Shown: positions 37,261 to 51,688, numbered from the stretch's first letter. The stretch is 64,000 nucleotides of DNA from Podarcis muralis (GCF_964188315.1 NC_135658.1:64728001-64792000), one strand, 5' to 3'. Notes: generated by a model from the letters alone, not told the origin. Translations and numbers: made by a program.

Positions 37261-39828
37261 TACATAATATGCAATATCTAGGGCAGAATGAGATGGAGTT
37301 TGGAGGCATCCCCTCCCATCCATTCTGAAAAGTGCCTGGAGTAAACCCACTTTTACACAACCAGGATCTCAGTTACAACTGGAAAATCATAACCCACGTT
37401 TTTATATTATTATTACTCATAATAATCATTTATAAAGTGTCATTTGGGAAAAAGCCAGGGCAGCGGGGGCAAGCTGATAAGCACAAACCATGCCAGAAAC
37501 TGTGAGCTCTGCATTGAACATCATGCATGCTCTGCTGATTTTTTCCATTAAAAATCTTCTCTTTTTTGCTAATTAGCGGCTATTTTTCAGCAAAGCTACA
37601 TGTTAGATGTTTTCCGCAGAGTCTGTGCTTGCCACCAGTAAGCGTCTGAATGTTGCCTCTGCACACTCTGTTGATTTCATTAATAGTAAATAGATTACTC
37701 CATTATGGAAAGGTACCGTTTAAAAATGGAAAGAGCATATAGTAAAAGGTACCTTAATGCTTTCTTGAAGTGCTGTATAGGTACATAGCTGTATAGGTAC
37801 CTACAGCTCAGCTGGTTCACAAATCAAATCCTGAGATTCATTTCTTGCAATAGGTCTTCAAATGTCATTTAACTGTTTAGAGTAGCCAAATTAATTTTGA
37901 CTTAAGTGAAATTAGTTGGGTGATCTAATGAAGGTTGCATTTAAGATTGATTAGTTCATTGATTACTTGGCTAATCAAACTCATTAAACTTTAATTTTGC
38001 TTAAATGTCTACCAGCGAAATAACATGCCCTATATCTTGTGAAAACAATCCATCAAACATAATTAGCAATAGTACATTTTGAAAAATAAATGCATTAATG
38101 AATATTAAGATTAGCAGATATTTAGTGAATATAAAAGTTACAAACCAAGACCTGAAGTTTAACAAACTGATTATGGAGGGGAAGATCAATAATGCCCTTG
38201 CGAATGTGGTTAGTAATTAAAAGCAAAAAAAAGGTGGAATGAAGAAACCTGAATTCTTATGAGACATGGATATCTTTAAATCAGGGTTCAGGAACCTGTG
38301 GTACTCCAGATGTTATTGGATTCCAACTCCCATCAGACATCTGGTGTAATATATGGTGCAATATGGTCATCTGCAGCTTCTTGCTCAGCCTCCAAGGGAG
38401 ACTTATGTAGAGTACATTACAGTAATCCCCTGTTGAAGTTACCGGTGCATGGATCACTGTGGTAAGCCTATACCTGTCCAGGAATGACCATACCTAGCAT
38501 ACCAGCCATAGCTGGGGGGAAAGCAGTCCACATCGTGTAGGCCATTTGTGCCTCCATTGCTAGTGCCTAGACTGCTCACTTGCTCTTTCAGAGGCAATCC
38601 AAAAAATCCAGAAAAAGCAAATTCCCTAACATACATGTGCAAGGGCAAGGGTACACAAAACACCTGAGAGAAGTTAGTACTAATGAGGAGAATGAGGAGT
38701 GCCAACAGAATCAGAAAAGGAACATATAAGGCAATGATACGAAATAATAATATAAGAACTCAATGAATGATGTGTTAAAATGGAAATTCTATGGAAACAT
38801 ATTTCTTGCAAAAAAACTCCCTATATTAGCATAACTGACTGAATCTTTCTCACACACACAGGATGAAACCTTTAAAATTAGTCGGAAAGGCCAGGAGGAG
38901 GAGCACTACAAAGATCAAACTCAGAGACAAAAGGATGAGAAATATATACAAAAGAGTAACTTTCAATCTTTAGGAAAATAGGAACAGCTTGAATCTTTTA
39001 ATTAGCAAGCCTGCTTGAACATGTAAATTCCAGAACAACTCTGCCCATTAGCCATAAGAAAGCTGGTGAGCTGTTTTTAAAGTGCTTTCTAATCAATAAG
39101 CTTCTGATTAGCCAGATTATTTATGTACGGGTGGGGGGATCCTGCAGAAAAGTCCAGCAACTATGCGATAATCCCCTCCTTTCTAACTGGGAAGAACGCT
39201 GCCATGTACGTCTCTTAATATTTACTTGGCTACCCTTCTAGAACCTCTATGACAAATACATGCCCAATTTGATATGCACATATTTTAATGTAATTTAAAT
39301 AGGCATTTGTACAAAAAAATGAGGAGGCATTCAAAACTAATTTTAACCTTTTTAATCTCACTAAAAGAGAAACTGGACCATACTGAGCAATTATTTCACT
39401 GTCTCACTAGTTTAGGACAGAAATTCATCCACAATAACTTTGTTTCCCGAAAGTATAAATCCCTGTGGGAGAAAAACATGGGGCATGGGATGACACCCAC
39501 AGCATACATTTAAAGCACATGATTTCCCCCAAAGAATCCTGGAAACTGTAGTTTACCTTGCATAGAGCTACAATTCCCAACACACTTGGCATACTACAGT
39601 TTTCAGGATTCTTTGGAGAAAGCCAGATGCTCTGAATGTGCTTTAAATGTATGGCATGGATGTGGAAAACAGAGGGATCGAGTGAGGTCTTAAGGCAAAA
39701 GGTTTGGGCTTAACCTTCTTCAGCTGCTCTGACCTGAATAGCCACATTCGAGCAATTGAAGGAGAAAGCCAGAATGTTTTGTTTTAAGACTTTAATATCT
39801 TTGTTTTATTAGTCAGTATAGTAAATAT

Positions 39829-40060
39829 CTCCTGCCAACCTAGCAGTTCAAAAGCACAAAGTGCAAGTAGATAAATAGGTACCGCTCCGGCGGGAAGGTA
39901 AACGGCGTTTCCGTGCACTGCTCTGGTTTGCCAGAAGCGGCTTAGTCATGCTGGCCACATGACCCGAAAGCTGTACGCCGGCTCCCTCGGCCAATAAAGC
40001 GAGATAAGCGCCGCAACTCCAGAGTCGACTGCACCTAATGGTCAGGGGTCCCTTTACCTT
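39829..40060 (+). mobile_element. Sauria SINE, 5'-truncated
   Basis: 3' two-thirds with ACCTTT tail; perfect 12-bp TSD tatagtaaatat (39817-39828 / 40061-40072). Confidence 0.92.
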
Positions 40061-40266
40061 TATAGTAAATATGTGGTTGTAGTGATTAACTGCATCCTTT
40101 TAGGATCCAAAGAAAACTTTGGTTGAAGTGCTTCTTGATGCTCTGAAGACCATTAACACATAGATAGAAGCCCCATCGCACAATTCTTATGTGATGTAGA
40201 TCATGCCTATGTATATACAAGAGTCGAGCCATACTTTTAGAATATTTTTTTCAACAACCAAATGTT

Positions 40267-40539
40267 TAGGGTTGCCATATCTCAAAACTAAAATTCCTGA
40301 CACCTGCAAAAAAAAGGGGGGGGTTGGTTTTTTTTAGATTTTTGGAGGGAACTACCCCAAATTGATGATTTTTTATTTTATTTTAAGCTTTCTGAGCTGT
40401 TTCCACTGCTTTTTCCAGCACGTTGCCATACATCTGGGTTTTCCTCGCATTTTGCCGCTTTGGCAAAATTCCCCCTACACCATTTTTACACTCAAAAACC
40501 AGGCCATGTCAGGAATTTTCCTGACATATGGCAAGCCTA
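40267..40539. mobile_element. hAT MITE (TAGGGTTGCCA ends)
   Basis: TIRs tagggttgccatat / atatggcaagccta; 8-bp TSD caaatgtt / cacatgtt. Confidence 0.85.
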
Positions 40540-41004
40540 CACATGTTGTGTACAGTTGTCAGTATACCAAAGTTAACATGTGAAATCCTCCTCTTCATAT
40601 GCAGATGTTCCATTCAACAGGTCATATGGGTGCCCTGATTGTGTGGAGGATGCAGGGAGGAGTTTGAGCCCTGGTCTTTCTATAGGGGTATCAATATGTG
40701 GTAGTTAAAAAAAAAAAAATGAGGAGGAGGTTGATCTGCCCCAGTCTGTATGTGAACACACCATACACACAAGTTACAAATATATATGGCATAGATATAT
40801 ATGTCAAGGAAATGTTTTGCCAAAGCCATTCGGTCACCTGTATGTCAAAACAGCTGGTTATATTCTGTGTTAAGTTTAAACTACCAGGGGGGAGGGGCGG
40901 CATGTTGCTGTTAACACAGAATACAGGAAGCAGTTGCTCCAACAAGAATAAACCATTTGAATCAACACCCTGTTTCTTCTTCCTAAGAGATGAATAAGAA
41001 CCTA

Positions 41005-41255
41005 ATAAGATCCTCTGAGGCTCCAATACTTTGGCCACCTCATGAGAAGAGAAGACTCCCTGGAAAAGACCCTGATGTTGGGAAAGATGGAGGGCACAAG
41101 GAGAAGGGGACGACAGAGGACGAGATGGTTGGATAGTGTTCTCGAAGCTACCAGCATGAGTTTGACCAAACTGCGGGAGGCAGTAGAAGACAGAAGTGCC
41201 TGGCGTGCTCTGGTCCATGGGGTCACGAAGAGTCGGACACGACTAAACAACAACA
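41005..41255 (+). mobile_element. Bov-B (RTE) LINE, 3' fragment
   Basis: Encodes the Bov-B ORF end (EDSLEKTLMLGKMEGTRRRGRQRTRWLD); ends gactaaacaacaac; TSD aataaga(a/g)ccta (40993-41004 / 41256-41267). Confidence 0.9.
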
Positions 41256-41348
41256 AATAAGAGCCTATCTAGTCCAGCATCTTGTTCTCACAGTGGCCAA
41301 CAAGATCCTTGTGGGAAACCCATGAGCAGGACCCGAGTACAAAAGCAC

Positions 41349-41950
41349 TCCCCACTTCCCCAGTGTGGTGTAGTGGTTAATAGTGGTAGACTCGTAATCT
41401 GGTGAACCGAGTTCGCGTCTCCGCTCCTCCACATGCAGCTGCTGGGTGACCTTGGGCAAGTCACACTTCTTTGAAGTTTCTCAGCCCCACTCACCTCACA
41501 GAGTGTTTGTTGTGGGGGAGGAAGGGAAAGGAGAATGTTAGCTGCTTTGAGACTCCTTAAGGTAAAGGTAAAGGACCCCTGACCATTAGGTCCAGTCGTG
41601 ACCGACTCTGGGGTTGCGGCGCTCATCTTGCTTTATTGGCTGAGGGAGCCGGCGTACAGCTTCCGGGTCAGCATGGCGAACCAGAGCAGGGCACGGAAAC
41701 GCTGTTTACCTTCCCGCCGTTTACCTTCCCACCTATTTATCTACTTGCACTTTGACGTGCTTTCAAACTGCTAGGTTGGCAGGAGCAGGGACTGAGCAAC
41801 AGGCGCTCACCCCGTCGCGGGGATTCGAACCTCCAAAATTCTGATTGGCAAGTCCTAGGCTCTGTGGTTTAACCCACAGCGCCACCCACGTCCCTCAGGG
41901 TAGTGATAAAGTGGGATATCAAATCCAAACTCCTCTTCTTCTCTTCTTCC
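41349..41950 (+). mobile_element. tRNA-derived SINE (Squam3/CORE-like) with CTT-type tail, split by the Sauria SINE
   Basis: tRNA-like head gtggtgtagtggttaa...gagttcgcgtc, CORE-like gggtgaccttgggcaagtcac, tail ctcctcttcttctcttcttc. Family name is from recall. Confidence 0.65.
41559..41894 (-). mobile_element. Sauria SINE nested in another SINE
   Basis: Homologous to the other copies, with internal deletions; interrupts the host SINE at gagactcctt|cagggtagtg. Confidence 0.88.
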
Positions 41951-43854
41951 TGCAGTTTCCAGCAACGGGTATGTATAACCATAGCCCTGATGCAAGCGAG
42001 CACACAGAAATATGCTGCTTGCGTACCTATATACAGCAATAGACAACTCTAAATAAGTGCAGTTCATGCCACATGGATTTGTTGACTCTTGAAAACAGCA
42101 GGTAGCAAGATCTCAAGGTCAAACACTAGCGATACAAAAAGGTCAGGAGGAGAGATGCAAGGCACAACTGCTTGTATGCCCATGACTGATTGGTTACGTT
42201 TGACAGGTCTCGGCTCTTGATGCTGTTAGACACAGCTAGCTGTGAAATCCCAGACCAGGAACCCTGACTCTCCTTTTCATTTTTTTTTTCCTTTTGGGAC
42301 AGCTTGGTTTAATCTGCTATAGCATGGCAGCTCTGGGATCCAGATCATACCAAAATGAAAAAGAACTTAAACAAAATACCAGAGGATTCAGTCATGACTA
42401 ATCACAGAGACACATTTCATGCTGTGAATCTGCATACAAGCACTTGTGCTGACGTTAGCAGGGACAGTCTGTTTTCTCAACCAAAGAAACCAGTAAAATC
42501 AGTCTTAAACAACCTTAAAGAAGTAAAAATAAAAATGGATAAATGCCATAATAAAATAAGGCATAGAAAAGGGAGGGAAAACCCCCAGAATAAAATAATT
42601 TCCTTATTGAAGCCAAAGTTTGAAGAGATAATTGTGCATAACAAATTCAGTACTAAATAATACTGCTCAATTCTGCCTAGCTAAAACTTAGAAACTTCGT
42701 TAATTGAGCAGCATATAAATACTTTATTTAAAACACCAACAGCAACAACCCTGATTTTATGAGCCTGAGCAAAATCAGAGAATTTATCAAGCTTAAAGTC
42801 ACATGGTTTCAATGCCAAACAAGGTGCAATAATCAAAGACTAACTACTTCACAGATCCATGCCTTCATGGCTTCTATCTGTTTCTAGCAACATAATTCCT
42901 TTAAGCAGAATTTTATTTTTTAAATAAAAATTAATTTTAAAAAATACACTATCCAGGTATTTGGAAGCTTAGCATGCCTGCATTAAAGGACCTGTTCGTC
43001 TGTGATGAAAGCTGGCTTTGTAATCTGCAGCAGCTCCCATAATACTAACAGGAGCCCAATCCTATGCATGTTTTTTTTTCAGAAGTACATAAAGCTGAGC
43101 CAACTTTTTTCAGAAGACTGAGGGTCGTATCCAGCACTGCATGCATGATGTTCCACTTCTGAAGTGGGACTTCCCCTTCCTCTTCTCTCCCTGTACACTC
43201 CCAAATTTTTCTCGATCCATAGACCCACCCAGAGGCAAGGGCAGGACAAGTGCTCCTTTTCATGCCCCATTGCTCTTCCCTAATAGAAGCAGAAAGGAGC
43301 AAGGAGAAAGAGCATCAAGGTATGGGATTCTGGAATTGGTAGTAGGTCTCCTGATGAGCTATGGACATCAACAACAGCTGCCCCACAATGCTTAACCCCT
43401 GGTGTTGTTCCTGGAAACACCCAAGGATGTGATGGTGGCTGGTACCCAAAAACATTAATAAACCTGAAAACCACTTCTGCATAATTGGTTTCATGCTGCA
43501 CTAGCTATGTCTCTATAGGAACCACATGGTGTGTGCAGGTACCATGTTACTTTCCAAAGCAATAAGCTTCTTCCTGGTGGGACAGAAAGTGTTATGGCGT
43601 GGGGCAATGTAATCTGCCTACTCTAGTTGGCTCCTGTATGGGACCATTACGTGTATGGGACCATCATGTTGGAGCAACTCCCAAACTGCGGTAGTAATGT
43701 ATTAATAAGCCCTTAGAGTCACAACGGCACCAGCTAGCAATTGGCACAGGGGTAAGAGAAGATGTGACTTTGATATTTGAGGAAGCAAAGGGGATACCTT
43801 TTTTCCCATGTAAGTAATGCGGTTGTAAGTTTAATCAATGTACATTTTACTCAC

Positions 43855-43913
43855 TGATCTGATTTGTCGATGAACTGTAAAAGGCATTGACGGTAGTTGG
43901 ACTTGTAAACCAC
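43855..43913 (-). CDS. PHEX: PHEX exon 15 equivalent, WFTSPTTVNAFYSSSTNQI(R), with the M13 VNAFY motif
   Basis: Hand translation. Acceptor ctatttccgcag, donor gtgagt, 59 nt; phases fit both neighbouring exons. Confidence 0.96.
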
Positions 43914-45269
43914 CTGCGGAAATAGTGAGAGCAAGTTAGTGTTGATGGTTTTGTGAACAAGACAAACAAACAAAAATAGTGAACTCTGTAAATTGAGAAC
44001 AGAATATTTAAAAAATATTTTAAAAATATTTAAAACCACTGCTTTCATGACTTTATGGCTTATGTTCAAAGAGTGGCCATCGAACACATCCTTGCATGCA
44101 GAAGACCCCAGATCCAGTTACCTGACATCTCTAGTTAAAAGGACCAGGCAGAAGATGATGGGAAAAACCCCTTCCTGAGACCATGAAAAAACATGTGCAG
44201 GTTGGTGTAGAGAATGTTGAGCTACATGGACCCAACGGTCTGGCTCAGTTTAAGGCAGTTTCATTTGGTCATCCATTCCCCACTCTCTGTACACACTTGC
44301 AGCTGCATGAATATCACATGGACTTGCGCTCCAGACATCACTAACAACAGCAACAATGTACTGCACCCACATCCTGTATCATTACAATGTGCAATTAGAA
44401 CGCTCACTCCCTTTGGCACAAAAAAAACCTATTCCTGGTTGTCAGTGTCCCTCCCTGCATGTCTTCAAATAGCTCCTCAAAAAAACGGTTCGACTGCCTA
44501 GCATACTCTCCATTCCTCTGGTCAAACTCTTCATTCTTTATGTTCACCCATGGTAAAAATTGTGCTGAAGCTCAGTCAGAAATGTGTTTTGAATATCAGG
44601 ACGGAATCCAGGGAGTTCCCTCCTTTCCCTACACACACACACCCCAGACGTTTTTCCTTCACAATCCATTTCCCTCATGGCCTTCTTTGTCCTTCTCTCC
44701 CCCTCCTTCTAGCACAACACTGTTCCTGACCAGGCTTCACCATCGCAATCACACTGCAGCATCATACTGATTAAGTAACATCTGGGGAACAAGTGTAGAT
44801 TTGTTTCAGAATTGGAACATTTAAAATTAAATATGTGTATTAGATATTTGAAAGTCCTTGTTGTTTCAGCCATTTGATGGCACCCTGTCTCTCATGATTG
44901 AGAATAAATGCAAATAAATCAATTAACACCAGAATCAATGAATGGGAACGTCTAATAAATCTTCTAAGGGCTAAGCTGCTCAGAAAATTACTTAAGGGCT
45001 GTCATAGGCTATGACTTCAGTAACTTTGCTTTTTACTTTCTCTGTAAAGAGAAAAATTACTCTCTCTCTCTGTAGCCTGAAAGTCCTTTGGGGAGCAAGT
45101 GCTTGAGAATGAAGAATTTTTTCAAAAAAATACTTTTAAAATTTGTTTCTGCATTACTGTAGCCAAGGTAGTTTACAACCTATAAAAATATCCAACAAAA
45201 ATCATCTTGTCATCTATAGCAATTCAAAATATAACTAAAAGCAAATAAGCAAAATTCAAAATATATGTA

Positions 45270-45785
45270 ATGAAGGCACCAGGCAAGCCTCCCTGGGGAG
45301 AACATTCCACAGATGGGGAGCCACTGCAGAAAAGGCGGTTCTCATGTTGTCGTCCTCCAGACCTGTCACAGAGAAGGCACATGAAGAAGGGCCTTAGGTG
45401 ATGATAACAGGGTCTGGGTCAGTTCATATGGGTAGAGGAGATATTGCAGTCCTGATCCATTGAATGCTTTATAGGTCAAAACCAACTCTTTGAATTGGGC
45501 CCAGAAACTAACTGGCAGCCAGTGTACTAAGGCTAGGATTGGCTTTATACACTGTCTTGCCCTGGTGAGCAACTTGGCCACTGAATTCAGCACCAGCTGA
45601 AGTTTCCGAATTGTCTTTAGAAGCAGCCCCACGTATAACACAGTGCGGTAATCTAACCTAGATGTTACCAGAGCATAGATGACACACATTAGGCTATCCC
45701 TGTCTAGATAGGGCCACAGCTGAGCCACCAGCCAAAGCCGATAGAAGGCACTCCACGCCACTGAGGCTACCTAAGCCTCAAGAAA
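45270..45785 (-). mobile_element. L2-clade LINE fragment, older
   Basis: ORF 45366..45761 (ALVTSRLDYRTVLYVGL...VHWLPV...QFKELVLTYKA) is homologous to the 53614 ORF. Ends approximate. Confidence 0.8.
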
Positions 45786-48740
45786 CAGTTTACTCATTTC
45801 TGTATATTTTTGAATAAGCTGGAAAACTGGAAATTAATGAATTGAAACATCACAGAACACTATCGTATGAATATCTTACATATCCATTATTATCAACTGA
45901 AAATAATAATTGTCCTACCAGAATTTAGAAAGAATTGGTTTATGTCTCTTACACACAGAGAGAAAATGATAAGATGGCAGATATATATTTTTTGTCAGAT
46001 AATAGAAGCCAGAAGATGACTGACATCTATGCTGAGGAGTTGGGAGAAAACATTTAGCAGGGTTGACTGCATTCCAATTTCAGAGTCATTTATGGCAGCA
46101 GCCAAATAAACTAATTTGAAATGCAGTAGCACATGCGCTTATAAAGAGGTGCCCTCACACAGGACAAAAATGAATGACTTTTCCAATGACCTGCAGGGAA
46201 ACATTTGAGACACTGGACATTTTTATTGGAAATTTAAAATGCCATTGCATTTCAAGTCTCTACCATGGTCTCAACCTTTGACACTATCTCTTTTATTCAT
46301 ATCTGCTTCCACTGTCTCAAAGCTTTCTCTGTTTCTAAGTTCTTGCACAAAGAGTTCTACCAGATTTCACCAAGCGACCTCAGTTCTGTCCTATGAGTCT
46401 TCTTCAAGCGACAAACATTCAGGACACTTTAAGCAAAGTATCAAGTCTTCCAAATGTTTATTGGTTTGCATTTTTTACATTTTCCATTGGTGTAACAAAA
46501 GATATTTTTCATCCCGAAATATTTGTACTATTTTTCATCCCCAAATATTTGTACTATTGGGCAAACAGGCAGGAAGATTCTATTTTATTTTTATTCATTA
46601 GATATTTTTATACTCTGCCTTTCCTCCAATCCAGAGCACAAGCAGGCTTCACACCAGTGCTCATTAAACACTAGAGATTGTGGCATCTTGACTTAGTTAG
46701 TATAGTGTGCTTTTTTCCTTTCCCCCCTTTTCTTCCTTTACTATATTTTATTGGTTTTCAAAGGCATGTTTTTCTTAAGAATCAGCCTTATCTATGTTTC
46801 TGAAACTCACTTTAGTTGAAGACCTCAATTTACTTACTTTGCCCTAACCCATAAGAGCAGGGAATAGCTAACTCGGGCATATCAAGAATGCCAATTCTTA
46901 ATTCACCACGAGGCCCCTTGTAAAACCATCTGAAAGTTGCCATAGGTCTGTTTCATGCAGACAAACTTTGGCATACGTAATCATTCCCGTGAAAGAAACA
47001 ACTTCCACACGTCTACTAGCAGATGAACTGATGCCGGTATTTCACTGGATGGATGTGCTATCTGATTCCATTCCAATCTCCCCATGTGTGCATGCAACAA
47101 ACCAGGTAGCTTAGAAATTTGTGTGTACATTGTAAACAGATGTTGAAACTGGTGTAGGTAAGGGACAAGGGACTTCAGTCCTGGAAGCTGAATGTGGCCC
47201 TGCAATGCTCTGTTTCCCAGTTCTCAGGGTATTCCTCATGCCATCCCTCCTTCCCAGTTCACCCGCCCACAGCATTCCTACTCTGTGCCCTCCTCACCTG
47301 CGTCTGCCTGGCTGGAGTGTGTCCTTGAGCTGTATTCAAGCCTCTTCCTTGCCTGGATGAAGGGATCAAGTGTGTGTAGAATCACTTGGCTTATATGTGG
47401 CTGGAATATAGACAATATGAACCCTCTTTGACCCACAGCTGGCAGAGGAGGCGGTGGTGATGGTGCTGCCACCGGGGGCTGCCCAGGTGGCACTGACCCA
47501 TCACAGGGCTTTCTCAGTGGTGGCTCCCTGGTTGTGGAGTACACTCCTGAGTGAGGTGCACCTGTCTTCTTCACGATTTAAGTTTCAGGAGCAATTTGAA
47601 AACATTTCTGTTTACCCAGCATTTGGTAGTAGTAGAATACTGCTGTTCCTGGCAACCCTGAGATCACTGGCTGGAAGAATGTTTTTATGTATAACTGCTT
47701 TTAGGTAGTTTTAGAATGTTAGAATTAATCATAGAATTGTAATATTTGAAAAGACCCCGAGGGTCAACCAGTCCAACTTCCTGCAATGCAGGAATAAATA
47801 TGACTAATTCAGGTCCATTGATTTCAATAGGTTTGTGCTGAGTAAAACTTAGTTGAATACCACCTAGCATCTTTTTAGTGACTTAACAGTGCAATCCCAG
47901 GCATCTCTACTCAGAAGTAAGTCGCACTGAGTTCAGTGGCACTTACCACCAGGTAAGCAGGTATGGGATTGCAACCTTAGTGTAGGTGATTTGGCATATT
48001 CTTGACATATTCAACAAATGGAGCCAGATTCTGACTTTTCATGCTTGCTTCCCTATAATTAGAGTTGGAACACATCCCAGAATAATTTTGCATGGACAGA
48101 TTTTTAAATATAGGTTGCTAACAAATTATGTTAAATTTCTAGCTTAATACAGAGCAAGCAGCTTATGTGAAGAGACTTATTTGTACAGCTCTAATTAAAC
48201 TGATATCTTTTCAGAATTTTACTGCAGGATTCCAGGCTTGGTCTTGAAAATATTTTATGAAGAGAAATTTGCTTGCAGTAAATCCAAAATTACAGATTGC
48301 AGAACATATTCAACAAACAAGTACAGGTGGTTATCTATATATAGCTTCTCTCCCCCCCCCCCCATCCATATATTAGTCCCTAAAATATGCTGCTTCATTG
48401 TTACACCAGTTTCGTCACACACTAGGGCCCAGTGTGCAAACACATAGCAAACCTAACCATGTCTCCTCCTCAGATGTAAGTCCTATTGAATTCAGTGGCT
48501 CTTACTCTTGGGTAAGTGAGGCTAGGATGCAGCCTAAGCCTACAGTGTTGTTTGGGGCAAAAGACAGCTGACAAAGAAACCCATCAGAAGGAAGCACGAA
48601 AGGAAGCAATGAGGACATGTTTACTTACAAGGGGAGAGAGATAGCAGTCCCCCCATGGTAGCTCCAAAATGCAGCTGTAGCTGATCAGCAAGTAGTTTAT
48701 TCATGGCATATAACTGCAATACATACAACTCACCTATATA

Positions 48741-48987
48741 CAGTCGTACCTTGGAAGTCGAACTGAATCCGTTCCGGAAGTCCGTTCGACTTCCAAAATG
48801 TTCGACTTCCAAATCGTGGCTTCTGATTGGTGGCAGGAAGCTCCTGCCACCAATCAGAAGCTGTGGAAGCCCCGTCGGACGTTCGGCTTCCATTAGAACG
48901 TTCGAAAACCAGAACACTCCCAGTTTTCAATCGTTCGGGAGCCGGAACGTTTGACTCCCAAGGCATTTGGGAGCCAAGGTATGACTG
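48741..48987. mobile_element. Tigger-like MITE, family B
   Basis: TIRs cagtcgtaccttgg / ccaaggtatgactg, TA flanks; interior shared with the 19454 copy. Confidence 0.85.
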
Positions 48988-51688
48988 TACTTAAAATCAG
49001 AAGTAAAAGACATTTGTAGTAATATATTTTCAAATATATCATCCGCAGGTGATAACATATTGTGGAACCTGTTCTGCAGTCATAAATATTTAGACGTCTC
49101 TAATGTGGTGGGTGGGTGAGGTCTTCCACTGGTGCCCACAAAGCCTCAGATTCTTCCCACTCACTGCCTCTTCAGTAATGAGGTGGTGAGGGAAGTCACC
49201 CAAGTACATTTTGAAGGCGGAAGTTGGAAGAACAACACTCTCCCATTTATTCTTGAATTTCTATGTGCTTTTCAAGGCTCAGATAAATTCTTCTGGATCC
49301 AACTTTTACCCAGGAAAACTGTCGGTCTGGGTGTGGGTGGATGGCTGGCTGGGTGGGTGTGCACACACACACACACACACACAGGTGCACAAGAGTGCAT
49401 TCTTTCTGTTTCTTAGTGGGGCTTAGGACGATCTGGACAGGCAGAAATGACTAGAGTGGGGTGTTGCCCGCAGCACCACTCAAAATCTAAAAGTGCCCCC
49501 AGAACTAAAAAAAGTTGGTGAGTCCCAATTAAGACTCATTTGCTTCCGTTGCATTAATTGGCCCCTTGAAACTCAAACAGTCTCTATCTTTCATAGGGGC
49601 TCAGGGGCCAGCCCATAGAAGATAATGATGTCAGAGCTGAGAGATGGGAAGTGACTATGCTCACGTCACGCGCACAGTATATCAATGGACTCCTCATTTT
49701 CTATTGGTACAGCATTTTGAGAAACACACATGTAGAAAAAGAGTTAAGCCACATAAATATGAAGATCAAGTGGAGAAGGGGTGACATTAAGCAGTCCTTG
49801 AAGGAGTAAGCATTATTTTTTTTATTTTTTTGAGATAAGCTCAATCACATTCTACCTCATGCTGAGTCAGGGAATAATCCCCTTCATTTCAAAGTATGCC
49901 AGAAATGGGGTATGATTCACAGGGGACAGCCCTAAACTTGTATATTTCAGGGATTATCTGCCAATTAATTTCACCTTCAGTGACATTTTCCATCATACTA
50001 AGAATCTCTTCAGGGTATATTAGTGCAGCTAATAGCCACTTCCACAAGAATGAAGGATCAAGGGTCTTTATCTCCTTTTTCATAAAGGAGCAAATGTTTT
50101 TCGCTGCTCTGGAAACTCATGGAGAGATAAATATAATGCGTTTTGCTGATCTATAGCACAGAATAGTCTCAAACTGATCCCTTCAGGGTTCTCTCTTACA
50201 GTTTCAATGTATTCCTCCATCACAATTACTATATTGCTGCAGCCACTGCTAATGCTTCTGAATAGTATCACAAATAGTGTCACAGACGCAAGGGCTCCAG
50301 TCCATAGATCTCCCTTCCTCATGCTTGCTATGAAACACCACCCCATTTTCCTTACCAAATATTACCAATGTTGATAAATGGTTGAAGGGCCAAAAAAAGA
50401 TACCTGAATTCATCACACAGGATTGGTACTATTAGACATGTCAGTGCAGGCAAAGATCTGTCACATACCCTGTTTTCATAGGCATCAGCCATTTTTTTCC
50501 ACCCAGTGGGGAAAATCCATGTCACTGCATTGGAAGCAGGATCTAGAATCCTATATGATAATAGCAAACTCAATCTCTTAGTGCCTGTTCTTATGTAGTG
50601 AAAACAGCACCATTCATTCACAAGAAGGTGGCATCAGCAGGCTTGGGAGGGGGCAGGAGTGCAGCTCAATGAAGACTGAGCATGCTCAGTGGGCATGAAA
50701 TGCTGGCTACTTGTTGGGTGGGGCAGCAGGAATCTAGTGTGGAGGAGAATAGAATGGAGTATCCTAGAAGAGATCATGGCTGGCTGGCTGGCTGGCTGGA
50801 ACCCTGAATGGGAGCATGTGGCAACATTTGTTTGCAAGTCCCACTTCCCTATATCAGACAGTACACAGCTACTCTCCAGAAGCTTTTAGTAGACTTTATG
50901 GGGCCACGATACTACTTAAAGTGAAACATGGATCACAAGAGGCACAACAAGTGCAACTGGCAAGGAATCAAACACTGAAGTTAGGTCTTTGGCAAGCAGT
51001 GAGTGACAACAGCACCTTGCCGAGTCTGTGAGGTGTGCCAATTATTGGCAAAAGACAGAGATGCATATCCAACTCCTGCTGCTCATCCACACTGCTCTCT
51101 CCTCCTCATATGCAAAAGTGCATTCCTTTGCAGTCTGATCAAAGCCAGATGAACATTTGAAAACACGTTTTAGGAGAATAAGTTTGATAACCAAGACTAA
51201 GCCAAATCTGTATTTCCAGCTCAGGTTTTCATAGGGAGAAAACTCAATTTTTATTGAAGTACATCATCAATTTAACTCGGAACAAAACATTTTAAGTGAC
51301 CTCAGGTTATGTGCTAAGTATATATACCATTCCTCTTATTTTTAGAAAAGTCTAATGTGCCAAAATTGTACCATTCCAAAATTGCCACAACTGCCAGCAG
51401 AAATCCTATCTCATTACAATTCCATTATTGGGGGGGGGGGGGGTTGAAAGAAAAGAAAAGAAAAGAAAACACACACATTAAGCTCCAAACCAACCAAAGC
51501 TAAGCACTTTTAATTCTCATTGATTTCACTGTGTGAGATTTAAGCAGCTGCGTAACTCCACCATTGAAATCAATGAGGCTTAAAAGTGCCTAACTTTGGC
51601 TGGATGGTGCCCTGAGTGTTTATGCTCCCCGCATGTCAATTATGTGATGAAGCACCGGGTCTAGTTTTTGCATTTCTTTTCTACTCAC

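Noticed and set aside
41355-41430. tRNA-like sequences (also at 12341, 26375 and 33006)
   Set aside because: These are A/B-box heads of SINEs with no complete cloverleaf, and they continue into SINE bodies.
42355-42660. 101-aa Lys-rich ORF antisense to PHEX intron 15
   Set aside because: Explained by A-rich composition; no recognisable homology.
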